Part shown: piece by piece, positions 1 through 13,558 of the stretch
Layout: every line of letters begins with the position of its first letter
How positions within the stretch are numbered: the first letter of the stretch is position 1
Assembly: GCA_964016885.1 (NCBI GenBank)
Contig: OZ024740.1
Span: forward strand, 288,238,001 to 288,302,000
Direction: 5' to 3'
Origin: Eledone cirrhosa
Taxonomy: Eukaryota
Length of the DNA: 64,000 nucleotides
Made by a program: the position numbers and the translations under genes
Notes under the pieces: generated by a model
Told to the model about the DNA's origin: nothing
Database searches by the model: none
What the model saw: the letters and a program-made list of their open reading frames with translations, nothing else

Positions 1-680
1 GAGAATGAATGAGATTAAGACAACATATCTGGTAGAGAATGTTGAGAAGCCAGAGGGGATTACTAATGTAGGCGGGAAGCCACTAGAGTTGGTTGAGGAC
101 TTCCTGTATTTGGGAGCAAAGATTGGGAATACGGAAGATGATGTGGTTGAGAGGAAGAGCAAAGCCTGGGCAGCGTGCCACAGCTTGAGATCGGTGTGGA
201 AGTCGGACCTCCGTAAAGACCTGAAGGTCCGCCTCTTCATTGCTCTAGTGGAGTCTGTGCTGCTGTACGGGTCTGAGACTTGGACACTTACCAAGAAACT
301 CACTCAGATGGTGGATGGGTGCTACACGAGAATGTTGAGGATGGCTCTGAACATTAATCAGTATACACTGAGGATGAAAAACCCAGAGCTGGATGGGAGC
401 CTCCCAAAGGTCAGCTCAAAGGTGACACTGAGGAGACTGAGGTTAGCTGGACATGCTCACCGACATCCAGAGTTGACACTGCACTCAGTGCTCCCGTGGG
501 AGACCCTGCATGGACAAACTGGAAAAGGAAGACCGAGGTTAACATATGTTGATGCCCTAAGGACAGACACTGGTCTGTTGGAGACGCAGGACATGTTAGC
601 GATAATGAGGGACAGAGACCGCTGGAGAGAACTCGTCTATGGACCTCGGGAATTTTACCCGCCTTAGATAGATAGATAGA
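1..680 (+). mobile_element. RTE-clade LINE 3' fragment (RT C-terminus) with (TAGA)n tail
   Basis: ORF 5-667 has FLYLG, LLYGSETWTLTK, RLRLAGH and GRPRLTY motifs typical of the RTE ORF end. The stop is followed by tagatagataga. Confidence 0.85.
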
Positions 681-696
681 TATGTATATATATATA

Positions 697-947
697 AGTA
701 TGTATACGTACATACATATATGTATACAGACGTACAGTAGTATGTATATATATACATACATGCACACATATATATATATGTACGTATGGATTTACCGAAC
801 ATTTATTATAATGCTCGGTTTGTTTGTAAACAAACATCCCGAACTGTACGTCTGTATACATATATGTATGTACGTATACATACTTATATTTAAGTAACAG
901 CCGTACTAAGAGTGAGAAATGAAATTTCGTTTCATTTTTTCCATTTA
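697..947. mobile_element. Fold-back fragment of HHR monomer family A (see 62628-63214)
   Basis: About 697-827 is antisense and 844-947 is sense to the 62.6-63.2 kb unit (gtactaagagtgagaaatgaaatttcgtttc). Flanked by TA runs. Confidence 0.7.
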
Positions 948-960
948 TATATATATAGCA

Positions 961-1553
961 GTTGGTGCTACTGGTAACGTGTATCCCAGTACAACCTGTC
1001 CCATGGTCGAGTCATTGGCGACTAAACTGGCAACCTCACCAAGGTTTCTTGGTGAGGAGGGTGACTTTGGACATCCTGCAGGACTAAAAACAAAACCTGT
1101 CAAAGGGCAAAGGAGCTCTTAAGAGTCAATGGCCATCCAAAATCACGGGGAGAGATGACCCCTTAGCCTTTGTCAAGGCAGAATTCTAGGAGAAGGAAAA
1201 CTCTGATATAACACCTGCAACCCTGATGGTATCCAATGATGTTGACTTGTTCTTCCTTTTGGTAAATATCATCTTGGTTAAGAGAGTGGGACTGGCTTTG
1301 TGCAGTGCCTTTGCTCACTATAAAAGCTTCACGGCACAGGCATTGCTTTATATCTGGAGATCTCTCTGCACTTCTCATCACATGGTACCATGGGCCCAGC
1401 ACTGTGTGTCAATAATTGTCACAAGTGTGGTGTTTGTGCCAGAGTTTTCAAGTCGCTGGCTGGACTAAAAAGTCACACTCGTTCAGCGCATCGGTAGGGG
1501 TTCTCCTACATGGATATAAAGTAGTGGCCGTACTCGAAACGAGTTGGCAGTCA

Positions 1554-1555
<2 letters not shown>
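961..1555. mobile_element. Non-coding interspersed repeat (~600 bp), second copy inverted at 22388-22843
   Basis: Near-identical reverse-complement copy at 22.4-22.8 kb. Both copies abut (TA)n. ctggcaacctcacc and agaaggaaaactctg resemble RTE 5'UTR motifs (recall). Confidence 0.7.
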
Positions 1556-1591
<36 letters not shown>

Positions 1592-1865
1592 AAAAATGGC
1601 ATGCTGCGTGGTTGCACATGCGTTACATATGCGTAAAATTAGTCCTTCGTCAGTGATCTTCCAACCTTCATTGGTATTTCTTCGCTTTAAAGATCATATA
1701 CCTCTAGTTGGTGCGAGCAACAACTAAAGAAAGTTATTGGGACACGTAAAATAGGGTGAAGCGAACGACACATGTACACAAACATAGATGGTAATATATA
1801 TATATATATATATATACGTACATACATATATATATATATATATATATACATACACACACACATAT

Positions 1866-1986
<121 letters not shown>

Positions 1987-2070
1987 AAGTTATATTTAAA
2001 ATTGTTGGGTTACAACTAGTAAATATTTATAACTGATATAAAAGCACTCGACAAATACTTGGAGTATATT

Positions 2071-2420
2071 TACAATATTAAATAAATGGAAAACTATATT
2101 TATAAAACCATATTTATTTCATTATATATATTTCGGGGATATCATATTAACAATATGCTATGCCTTCATCAGACAAAATACAATATAAACAGTTTTATAG
2201 ATAAATATATTCGACATACCGTAATGAACATCAACTTCATTTGAAGAGGTTCACTCTAGCAGTTGATGTTCATTACGGTATGTCGAATATATTTATCTAT
2301 AAAACTGTTTATATTGTATTTTGTCTGATGAAGGCATAGCATATTGTTAATATGATATCCCCGAAATATATATAATGAAATAAATATGGTTTTATAAATA
2401 TAGTTTTCCATTTATTTAAT

Positions 2421-2426
<6 letters not shown>
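2071..2426. repeat. 166-bp-arm palindrome carrying an HHR (PLE-tail fold-back)
   Basis: Arms 2071-2236 and 2261-2426, 24-nt loop. The right arm runs into (TA)n. Confidence 0.9.
2320..2385 (+). ncRNA. Minimal type I hammerhead ribozyme motif
   Basis: CTGATGA 2325-2331, helix II containing catatt/aatatg, GAAA 2363-2366, palindromic TATATA helix III. Confidence 0.6.
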
Positions 2427-2487
<61 letters not shown>

Positions 2488-2656
2488 GGGTATGGAAAAT
2501 AAGGAAGAGAAACAGAAAGAATGAGAGCTTAGATACAAAAACCTGCATTTTGTATAGATAGAACAAAATGGAATGGAAACGCAATAAGATTAACAACAAC
2601 AATTACAACAACAACGGCAACAACAAAAACTACTACAATCGTCGCCACCACCATCA

Positions 2657-2697
<41 letters not shown>

Positions 2698-2967
2698 ACT
2701 ACTACTACTACTACTACTACTAAAAACGCATGGAACGATTGAAACAAGCGTGAAAAAAATAGAATAATCCCCGTCGCTAGACACCATAGCTAGAGGAACA
2801 ATAATTTCCACGAAGACCAGGTCACGTGATGTCTGAGAAGTAGAATTGCTGGCGTTCATCTAGATAGATTTCTTCAAATCGATAAGCTTTTCGCCAGATG
2901 TTTCTTTGCCAATTTATCGATTCGTGAAGAGACTTTTAAGTAACTATTCTTCTGCGATTAATAACGC

Positions 2968-2977
2968 GTATATATAT

Positions 2978-3027
<50 letters not shown>

Positions 3028-3080
3028 GTGTATCTATATATGTGTTTGTGTGTGTGTGTGTATACTCATACACACACATA

Positions 3081-3113
<33 letters not shown>

Positions 3114-3463
3114 GTGTGTGTCTGTATGTGTACATGTGCGTGTGTGTATATATATATATATATGTGTGTGTGTTTATATATATATATATACTCATACACA
3201 CACATATATGTGTGTGTGTGTGTATATATATATATATGTGTGTGTGTCTCTGTGTGTACATGTGTATATATATAAACGTATATATATGTATATACGTACG
3301 TACATATATGTCTCCATACATCCACCCATCCATCTATTGAAACATTCATACACACATATCTATACACACAGACATATAAATACACATACTCATATATATG
3401 CGTGTAAGTGCGTTCGTCTGTGTGTTAGTGTGCTTGTAATTGTGTGTGTGTACTTGTGTGTGT
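2968..3463. repeat. Compound (TG)n/(TA)n/(CA)n microsatellite
   Basis: Direct inspection. Confidence 0.9.
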
Positions 3464-3775
3464 GATAACTCCGATATAAAACCTGCGGCTCAGTAGTTAC
3501 CTATGATTTTGATCTTTTCTTCTTTTCGGGTTATAGCTACTGTCGCTCAGAGAGTGGGGTTGGCTCAGTGCACAGTCTTTCCTCACTTTAAAAAAATCTT
3601 CATACATAGGCATTTCATGATAGCATAATTGATGGCCATACTCGATAACAAGGGGGCAGCCATCATATATGTATGTTTTTATGTATGTATGTATGTATAT
3701 ATTCTCTTAATTTCGAGTATATTTTTTTTGACCGGCCACCTTCCTGGTGGCAAGGTTGTAAAAGAAAAGAAATTA

Positions 3776-4060
3776 TCATCCCTTGAATCGCAAGAATGTT
3801 TTGCAAATTTTGAAGGTGCCAGCTATCGCAGCCATTTGTAGACTATGAATTAGGGAGCTGCGCTCTTTGTCCGCAAATCCAAGTTCAGTTATACTTTGGT
3901 CCAAGCGGGTTGGTATATAACCCGTAGCTCCAATAATGATGGGTATGAAGCTAAAGGTGTATCTTGGATACTGGATTTGTAAACTCCTCATCAATGGTCC
4001 CTAGATGTCCTCCTTCTCCTGTATTTTTCTGACATCGTTTACATCAAGTGGGCAGCTGAT
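3776..4060 (-). mobile_element. RLE-type (R4/NeSL-like) non-LTR element C-terminal fragment
   Basis: QEKEDI*GPLMRSLQIQYPRYTFSFIPIIIGATGYIP resembles the end of a restriction-like endonuclease domain. Confidence 0.6.
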
Positions 4061-4389
4061 CTCCACAATAGAACATGTTTGTATGTATGTATGTTTGTAT
4101 GTATAGACAACTGGGAGGAGATAGCTCTAAATAGGGCGGAAGGGCTGTGCTCAGTCTTGATGAAGTCATCAGTAGTTGGACATGCAATTTCTGTCAGCGT
4201 GTACTCCTCGCAAAGGCTGGTTATGTTAATCACCTGAAGTCACATGGAAGGATAACCACCTGAAACACCACTCAACAAAGACCTGGCGAAACAACATACA
4301 TGATATACAACAAAGTGTTTAGAACTAGTTCCGGTCTAAAAAGAAAAACACATGGTGATACATAAAGATTGTGTCCCACAGGGTGACCC

Positions 4390-4590
4390 CACTAGTCCTG
4401 TGGAAAGCACAACTCTCTTCTTTCACCGGTTTTGTAAACCGTGCAGATCTACAGCTGGACTACAAAGTCATCTACGAAAACATGGACGCAGATGGGATGA
4501 TAACGAAGAATCAATAAGAGACGGCAATCGTCTGTGAAGACGCTGCAATCCTCATGTATGTATGTATGTATGTATGTATGTATGTATGTA
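4390..4590 (+). mobile_element. LINE 3' end with C2H2 finger and (TATG)n tail
   Basis: FCKPCRSTAGLQSHLRKH followed by a short UTR and (TATG)n, as at RTE-like 3' ends. Confidence 0.5.
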
Positions 4591-5115
4591 CGTGCACTAA
4601 TCATTAGTATGTACGCCATGTATAAGTGTATTTTTTTTATGTATGTATCTATATATTATGTAAGGTCGATCTGGAGCTCAAGAACGTGGTTAGCCTACCG
4701 GAAGTGAGACACCCTGGTCTTTGTTAGGACATCATTCTAGAAGGAAAACTCTGCTGTAAAACCATCGATTTGAAGGCAGCCAATAATATTGACTTTTTTT
4801 GGATACCTGTCATTGTTGTTCAAAGAGTTCGATTGGTCCACATATCACATACACACACATATATGCTATATGGTGGCTTCACTAAAGCTTGAAGCACAGG
4901 TGTCACTTGATCCAAACTTCTTTTACATGTGTTGCATGAGCATGGCTGGCCATAGACGATAAGAAATTTATGCAGGGCTAAAAAGTCATGTTCGTGCCAC
5001 CTATGTTTGAGAAAAGGATCAAGAAGTGGCAACTCTCGAAAGTGAGATACAGCCATCATATATGTGTGTGTTAAGTGTGCGTTTGTAAGTATGTGTGTGT
5101 GTATATATATATTTT

Positions 5116-5401
5116 CTAGGGCGGGTAAAATTCCCGAGATCCATGGACGAGTTTTCTCCAGCGGTCTCTGTCCCTCATTATCGCTGACATGTCCTGCGTC
5201 TCCAACAGACCAGTGTCTGTCCTTAAGGCATCAACATACGTTAACCTTGGTCTTCCTCTTCCAGTGTGTCCATGTAGGGTCTCCCACGGGAGCACTGAGT
5301 GCAATGTCAACTCTGGATGTCGGTGAGCATGTCCAGCTAACCTCAGTCTCCTCTGTGTCACTTTTGAGCTGACATTTGGGAGGCTCCCCTACAGCTCTGA
5401 G
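5116..5401 (-). mobile_element. 5'-truncated copy of the RTE family at 1-680
   Basis: Peptide [22 protein letters not shown]...REFYPP is nearly identical to the ORF 5-667 end. Confidence 0.9.
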
Positions 5402-5493
5402 TTTATATATATATATATAAATAAAGTTATATATATATATATATATATATATAACTTTATATATATATATATATATAACTTTATATATATATG

Positions 5494-5580
<87 letters not shown>

Positions 5581-5714
5581 CATATATATATATGTATATA
5601 TATGTATATATATATATGTATATATATATGTATATATATGTATATATATATATGTATATATATATGTATATATATATATATAACTTTATAAATATATATA
5701 TATATATATAACTT

Positions 5715-5763
<49 letters not shown>

Positions 5764-5774
5764 GTATATATATA

Positions 5775-6846
5775 TATTAGTTTTGCGAGGTTTTTTATAT
5801 GAAATCGTGTGTCGAAACAGATATTGTTATATTTGGGGAGGGTCATATTTGCGTAATATTGCCAGAATTAATAACAGAACACACTCACTGTTTGGTTGGT
5901 TTTCGCTTCTCGCTGTCTTTTATATATATATCTGCGATCTAACTTACTCGGTCCTCAATGTTGCCTTTTAGTTCCCCCCAGTGTTGGTCTATCCTTTCAC
6001 CTTAGCATAAGATGTACAGAGGGTACTTGCAGAAACACGACAACAACATACATAGGTGAGACAGTTCGTAGCATAGGTGAAAGGATAGACCAACACTGGG
6101 GGGAACTAAAAGGACGAAAAAACGGGTCAGTACTATACGAACATGCTAGACAACAACATGACGGTAACATAGACAACATAGAAATTAGAATAATATCTAA
6201 ACATAGGAATGACCCAGCAGATAGGCAAATCGAGAGGCCAGTGAAATAGAAATTAGAAGACCAAAGCTAAACAGAAAGAATGAGTGGAACAACAACAACA
6301 CCCAAACAAACAACACTGACCTAAGAGAAGTATAAATAAATAAGTAAATTAAATAAAATAAAATAAGATAAATAAATACATACACAAGCACATAAACACA
6401 CACTAGTCACCCAGCAGACACAACACTATACACACTAGTCACACATCACACATAACACTATACACACACGCAAACGCATGCGCAAAGAAGACAAAATAAA
6501 ATAAGATAAACAAACAAGCAAATAAATAAATAAATATACAAAAAAAAAATGGCGTAGACATACAACACAACAGGAGGAACAATGAATATAACACCACTGA
6601 CGATGTTGCAGATGTGCAACGAAAGATTTATGTAAATTATGTAAACTATATATATATGTGTTTGTCTATATTGTATCTGTATTATTTTTGACCGCCGGTC
6701 AGTCAATGGCAACATTGAGGACCGAGTAAGTTAGATCGCAGATATATATATATAAAAGACAGCGAGAAGCGAAAACCAACCAAACAGTGAGTGTGTTCTG
6801 TTATTAATTCTGGCAATATTACGCAAATATGACCCTCCCCAAATAT

Positions 6847-6854
<8 letters not shown>
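5775..6854 (+). mobile_element. 5'-truncated PLE: inverted pLTR + GIY-YIG 3' fragment + HHR-bearing 3' tail
   Basis: YIGETVRSIGERIDQH...VLYEHARQQH (GIY-YIG). Inverted arms 5821-5965 and 6708-6854. HHR CTGACGA 6597, helix II gttgca/tgcaac, GAAA 6621. Confidence 0.85.
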
Positions 6855-6903
<49 letters not shown>

Positions 6904-7340
6904 TATACATGTACACACGCACATGCATGTATGTTTGTGTTGGAAACTGCTTTGTGTTAGACATATTGTGTTCATGACACGCCTGTATTCTAGATTTATC
7001 ATTCATATCTATTATTTTGTTCGCCATATATATATATGTGTGTGAGTACCATGCAGTGAGTCTGCAGTATTAAAGTTTCTAAGTCAGTCATCAACGATTA
7101 AAAAAATGAGATAAAAGAGATAAAACACTAGAATACACTGTAAGGATCGAGTGAATTCACTGACTGTTTTCGAATGTGTTTGTGTGTGTGCGTCTGTGTG
7201 TGTTCGTGTGTGTGCGTCTCTGTGTGTGCGTGTGTGTGCGCGCATGTGGGGGCGGGCGGGAGTTGCGTGTGTATAATGACTTCTTTTATATTAGGTTCGG
7301 ATTATATAACTGACGCGCTGTCTACTTCACTTAATAATAA

Positions 7341-7550
7341 TAATTGTTTCTACTTTAGGCGCAAGGCCAGCAATTTGAAGGGGAGTGGAAAATCGATTAA
7401 ATCGACCCCAGTGCGTGATTGGTTCTTTATTTTATTGACCCCGTAAGGATGAAAGGCAAAGTTAACCTCGGGGGGATTTGAACTCAGATCATAAAGGGCC
7501 GTAACCCTATGCTGCAAAGCATGGTGTCCGAACCTCTACTGATACTGCCA
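7341..7550 (+). mobile_element. SINE family copy (gaccccgtaaggatgaaaggcaaagt core); others at 11886-11992(+), 14401-14590(-), 38676-38776(-), 50678-50826(+), 50839-51019(+), 61345-61521(+)
   Basis: Seven copies of a shared core in the window. Resembles the abundant octopus SINE (recall). Confidence 0.8.
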
Positions 7551-7949
7551 ATAATAATAATAATATTTATTTATTGGCTACAAGGGGCTACATATAGGGG
7601 ACAATATAATGGTCATGGTCAGTTGGGATTTTACAAAAAATCGTGAAAACAATAAAAATAAAAACAATAAACAATTAAAAAATTACAATACAAATTCTCC
7701 AATAAGGGTGGAAATTGGCGACTCAAGACGTATGTGAATATCACTTCGTAAGAGTTTTGTTAATTTTCAAGCGTTTATATTGCATTCATTGTTATATATT
7801 TTGTTACAAACTGTTGATAGGGCGCCACACATTGCCCTGTGTTAGGTGACCCCATAATATTGGGCCTTGGGCCCAATATTTGAACTTGAAAATATTTTTC
7901 TGTAAAAAAACGTTTAGCCTGCTGTCACGTGACAGAAGCTCAATCGTTG

Positions 7950-8145
7950 AGCTGAGTGACACTTCCCCCCACCACCACCATGATGAAAACTAGTACAACA
8001 ACCACAACAGTAGTACCAACAACAAAAAGAAAACAAACCAGAACAACAACGGAATTAATTAACAATAATAACTGCAACAACGACGACAACAACAAGTGAA
8101 AAAAAAGGTGAGAACAACAAGGACAACAGCACTACCACCACCACC

Positions 8146-8177
<32 letters not shown>

Positions 8178-10342
8178 CAACGACGACGACGACGACGACA
8201 ACAACGACGACGACGACAACAGCACCTACAGCTAGAACAGTGAAAAAAAAGTGTGAACAACAATGACAACAGCACTGCGAACACCACCACCAATACACCA
8301 ACAACAACAACAACAGTTACAACAACGACGACAACACTACCAGCAGCAACAACAAGATTATTTTCGGAGTCACAGCTGCAAAAGCTCAAACCTATTATAA
8401 CTTTGATCTAACTGAAAGGAAAGAACATTTGGCAGACGCGGGAAAACTAATTACAAGAGAAAAAACCTGGCTCAACTTAAACGCCCTCGGCAGAAGTGAT
8501 AGCAGCGACGGAGAGGGGAAGTTAAAAATATAGATGTATTTCAGTGCAATCTCGCAAAACCGAGATAGCCTCCCAAGGACAAGTAGAGGCTGCACTGAAG
8601 TGTTTCATTGCCGACATTGAACACATAACAAGGGCCAAACAATTCGGGATCATTTCGATGCTCTTCAAGGCTGAGGCTCATGCTAACACGCATTCTGTGT
8701 ACCCCTGCCAGACGGACCAAATAGTCATGTACACGCCCTAAATAGGGATGAAAACTGTAAGGGTCCGTCTTCTCAGGATTCCACCAGGGCTGGGCCTATG
8801 GTGACTCTTGGGATGTGTGGTAGCAGACCCGGAGATATTAAAAATATTCCGGACCACGTCAAACTGCCGGACGAGTACGAAATCCAAGTGATCACGTAGT
8901 AATCAGCCGCGTTGTTTCGTTTATGGTGAAGAAACACTCCTGCGAGCCTTTTGCCCCCAGCGATATTTGGCACTAGCACATTTCGAGTACCGATAGATCT
9001 GATGATGGTACGAATGTCGCTGGGTACATACAAAGGCATTAGGGAGAGCTTTCCAAGTGACGTGGGAACATTTAACGTTAAAGCTACGAGCTGACTGTTT
9101 AAGGCTTCCCTCAAAACCCCACCAAACATAATGGTGGAACCACCCAACCTCCACAAGCGCCCGGAAGGTAAGTAAACCTTTCTCTCTCAATCAACCAGCT
9201 AACATAGCTGTCACTAGATTAGGTTGTTTAAATGTTCGTGACCCAGGGCCGTCTTGGAAGCAGGGTCGCTTGCTGGACGACTTAAGGTAACTAGATATGG
9301 ATGTTATTGCCGCCAGCGTGACCAAAACTTTCGACACATGCGCACTAACTCCTATTTTCGGCGACTATCAGATCTTCGCATCTGTTAGTCGGCCGGGAAT
9401 GGGAGGTGGAGCGGCAGTGTTGTTTAGGAAAGGCCTGGGCCTCGAGGTAAGAACGATCTTCCTGGACCCGGACGGTAAGTTGGTGGTCCTGGACGTGAAC
9501 AATAGCGAATGTAGTACCTTTGGACTGGTGGCCGTCTATACCCCAACCGGGGCCGGACAGCCAGATTTCTTTAGGCGCTTGGAAGCCTTTCTGGGTACGT
9601 CTCGCCCTTTACTGTTAGCGAGGGAGTGGAACGGCATCTTGGACGCACGCTGGGATTGTGTGGGAGTAGCTGATAGGAACGGGGGTTTGCAAAAGCCTCA
9701 GGTTCCTGATTAGCCAGTTCCAACTGTTTGACAGGTACCGACTAGATTTCCCTAATGCACCAATTTAGATCTGGATCAATCACCTAGGGTCATCTAGATC
9801 GTATATAGATAGTTTTTTTTATTAACACGTTAGATAAGGATGGTATTGGTGTACACATTTTCAAACGGTCACATATTCAGATAACAAATTTGTGATCTGC
9901 ATGGTCGACCTAGATAGGACTCATAGGCTAGGACCTGTTTACTGGAAGTTCAACATGTCATTCCCAGTACGTAAGGCTTACAGGAGCCGGGTCACCACTT
10001 TAGTTAAGTGTAAGTTGACAGTGGGCGGGGGGGGGGACAACAACAGGTGGTGGGGTGCTCTCAAGAGAGAGATTAGAGTATTTTCAATAGGTTTTAGTAA
10101 AGAAGTAGCGTTAGAAAAAATAGAGGGGGGGGGGGGGGGGCTGGTAGATAAATTAGACGAGGCGATTAGAAGTGGCATTGCAACTGACGTGATAGTGGCA
10201 AGAATGGCATTAGACCATTTCTTCAATGCGAAACACGAAGGCTGAATTGTCAGAGCTAAGGTGCATGCTCTAAGAAACAAGAGAACGAAAGCTGTTCGAT
10301 GGGCCTGTGTAGCGGAGGCGCAGCGTGGTAATAAAACCATTG
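7950..10342 (+). mobile_element. Decayed Tx1/L1-type LINE, 5' half (ORF1 remnant + APE endonuclease)
   Basis: LGCLNVR, GGAAVLFRK, DPDGKLVVLDV, LVAVYTP, EWNGILD, SDNKFV and YWKFN are APE motifs. Multiple stops and frameshifts. Confidence 0.8.
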
Positions 10343-11660
10343 GGTGGTTTTGTTGGAGTCTGTTGTTGATGGTGGTTCCGTTGCTGCCGTTGCTGATGTT
10401 GGTATTGGTGCTGTCGTTGCTGCTGTTGCTGTCGGTGTTGTTGATGTTGCAGTTGCTGTTGTTGCTGTTGTTATTGTTGTTGTTGTTGCTGTTGAGGCTC
10501 AGATGTTGGCAGAAAGAGTCCTGTGGTTCCCTGCCATATATTGAGGGCAGAAAGCTCTCAAGTTGTCCGTCTTCCTGCAAATATGGCAGCGATACCTCTT
10601 CCCTTCAACACTGGTGTGGAGTTCTACTCCATCCGGCAATCGGATAAGGCCTGGGATCTTTTCGATTTTTTCTGGTTTGATGTGGAGGAGTACCTCCAAA
10701 CTGGGCCCAAATCAGTTTTCTCTTTTTGTTCTCTTCACCCCGATGAGGGCGTCGCTCCACTCGGGGACCATGCAGGCCAGGATCCACCAGATATCCAGCT
10801 CTGGTGGGATTCCTGCAATTCTGATCTTTACGATCTTTCTTCCAAGTTACGCCGGATAGAGTATGAATTTGTCTGTCCGGCAGGGGACCATAGAAATGTT
10901 CTCGGCCAGGGCTTCACTCTTGAAGAGCTCCGAAATAATACCAAACTGCCTGGCTCTAGCAATCTGCTGGATGTCCGGCAATATGAACTTTATGAGGAGG
11001 TACTATCTCTTACCGTTTGGTTTGTACTGAAATACATTTATAAGAACCTCTTTGGCAGTTGCTGCCAACACCTCGTGTAGGATGGCTATGTCGATCATAG
11101 TTTTGTCCAATTTGACAGTTCGGCCGCTTGTATCAAAGAGGTGTCCTTGTTCAAACTGCCCGAATTGAACATTTGGGTGGCTTTAGCAGCAGTTCCTGCG
11201 AAAGTTATGTTCGTGTTGTTGTTCATGTTGTTATTGTTGTTATTGTCCATGCTGTTGTTGTTGTTGTTGATGTTGCCATTTGTGTTGTCATTGTTGTCTG
11301 CGTTACTGCTATTTTTGTTGTTGCAGTGGTGGTGGTGGTGGTGGTGTTGATGCTGGTGTTGGCGCTAGCAGTGGGAAATTCGTTTCATAGTTTTCTCGTG
11401 AAGTGTTTGTGTATTGTTGTTGTGGCTGCTGCTGTTGTTGTTGTTGTTGTTGATGTTGTTGCTGCTGCATCTGTTGTTGTTGTTGATGTTGTTGCTGCTG
11501 CATCTGTTGTTGTTGTTGCTGCTGCTGTTACAGTTACTACTACTGTTGCTGCTGCTACTATTGTTGCTGCTGTCACAGCTGTCAGTGACTTTTACAATGT
11601 TGATGTTCCATTCTGCGGATGACCTTCAGTAGATGTACACACCTCGTCCGCCATCTTTAA
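10343..11660 (-). mobile_element. ORF1 remnant of a Tx1/L1-like LINE (zinc knuckle, low-complexity ends)
   Basis: YRCHICRKTDNLRAFCP is a CCHC-like knuckle preceded by LHTSVEGKR. Frameshifted, flanked by (CAA/CAG)-rich tracts. Confidence 0.6.
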
Positions 11661-12044
11661 TTTTTTAAAAACAAATATTGAGGGGTTCGTTTGATAATCT
11701 AACCCCGGTTTAGTCGGTAAGGGCTGTCAGTAGAGATAATCTAACCAGGTCACGAATATCCTGGTTAGTTTAACTACAAAACAGTAACAGAAATCCCCTA
11801 CAATAGGTTGAATAGCTGTGAAAATAGAACAAACTTACAGGAGCGATGTGAACTACGTCTCGAAAACAAAGATAATTAGAAAAATTATTGTTTCTACTTT
11901 TGGCACAAGGCCAGCAATTACCCAGTACATTACTGGTACTTTATTTTATCGACCCCCGTAAGGATGAAACGCAAAGTTAACCTCGGCGGGATTATAATGC
12001 CATATGATATATATGATTTGTGACATATATGTGCGATATATATG

Positions 12045-12084
<40 letters not shown>

Positions 12085-12351
12085 TGATTTGTCGAGCAAA
12101 CTTGCCAAAACCACTTCTAAAAAAATTTTTTTGGGGTGTTAGTAGGCGTCAGTCATCTTACCATCCCATTCCTTCTAACTAGCCTCTGTGTCACGTGATT
12201 GATTCATTAGAATCGGCCATTTGACCTGAAGCAGTGAGAATTTCGGTACACAGAATCCAGTCCTCGCCAGCTGTTCGATCTACCGAATTATTATTATTTT
12301 TATATGAGCCGCCAGTGTCCGCGCATTGCCTGGAGACTTAACTGAGAATAG

Positions 12352-12433
12352 ACTCCCTGATGACGCAATGAATTCTCGACAGTTGGATTACGTAACTGTC
12401 TTTATCCCATTGCAGAAACTAATTAGTTGGAGT
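12352..12433 (+). ncRNA. Type I hammerhead ribozyme motif in a TA-flanked insert
   Basis: Helix I actcc/ggagt, CTGATGA 12357, helix II gcaatg/cattgc, GAAA 12415, palindromic CTAATTAG helix III, GTT site. Confidence 0.75.
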
Positions 12434-12498
12434 GAAAATTTAAGTAAGTAAAGAAAAAAATTAAAAAAATTTTTTTTTTAATATTTTCTTATTTTACG

Positions 12499-12584
<86 letters not shown>

Positions 12585-12610
12585 ATTTGTGTGAATGTGT
12601 GTACCCAAGC

Positions 12611-12643
<33 letters not shown>

Positions 12644-12883
12644 TGTATGTATGTATGTATGTATGTATGTATGTATGGTTGTATGTATGCACATATGCAT
12701 GCATGTATGTAGGTCAGGTGGCATATGCTATAAATCGATTTTTAAAAAACATCTATATTTTGTTTATGCATCGTAGTTTCATAACAGAAAGCAGCTACTA
12801 AATTTAGTTACAGACTAAAAAAACTATGGCAATCTTGTGTTCTACTTTTTCTTCAACCTGATGTAGCCAATCCCTCTCCAGAT

Positions 12884-13350
12884 TTCTTCTTCTTCTTCTT
12901 CTTCTTCTTCTTCTTCTTCTTCTTCTTCTTCTTGGCAGTACTGTGATGGCAGAGTCCTCAGAAATGCCATCCAGTGTGTCCTATCAGAAGTAACTGTCTC
13001 CAGTGGATCCAACCGGACTCGGGTATTTTATCCATCCATTTAACTCATCGTCTACTCCTGGGTCTCCTGCCAGTTGGCCTTTCCCTTAAACATTTGTCCA
13101 GTGATTCTTTCCTTATATATTCTGACCACATGTCCGTAGTATCGGAGTTGTGATCTCTCAATTCGGAGAAGTAGCGGCTCTACCTGGAGTGACTCTCTGA
13201 TTTCCAAGCTACGTATTCTATCGAGTAACATTACTCCAAGAACTCTGAGTAATTTCATTTCGGTCGCTTGTATTCGCAGTCGCTTTCTTTCGGTCATTAT
13301 CCAAGATTTATGGCCATAGGTAAAGTAAGTACGAATGCTGAATTGAAGAT
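12884..13350 (-). mobile_element. RTE LINE 3' fragment with (GAA)n tail (different family)
   Basis: TYGHKSWIMTERKRLRIQATEMK...IERSQLRYYGHVVR. (TTC)n on + strand at 12884-12932. Confidence 0.8.
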
Positions 13351-13558
13351 AAAAGTGGAGTAGGAGAAGAAAAGGTATAATGATCTTAGGAATAAAAGGT
13401 GGAGGAGGTGGGGGTACGACTAGCTACACACACACGCACATACACGTCCTCTCCCTTGACCAAATGCAAATCCCGATGGCAGCTTATCACAATGACCTAG
13501 CCGCAAATCTGGTACTACCTTTAAATTCATGTCGACGAGCAACAAAGAGGAAAGCTAA

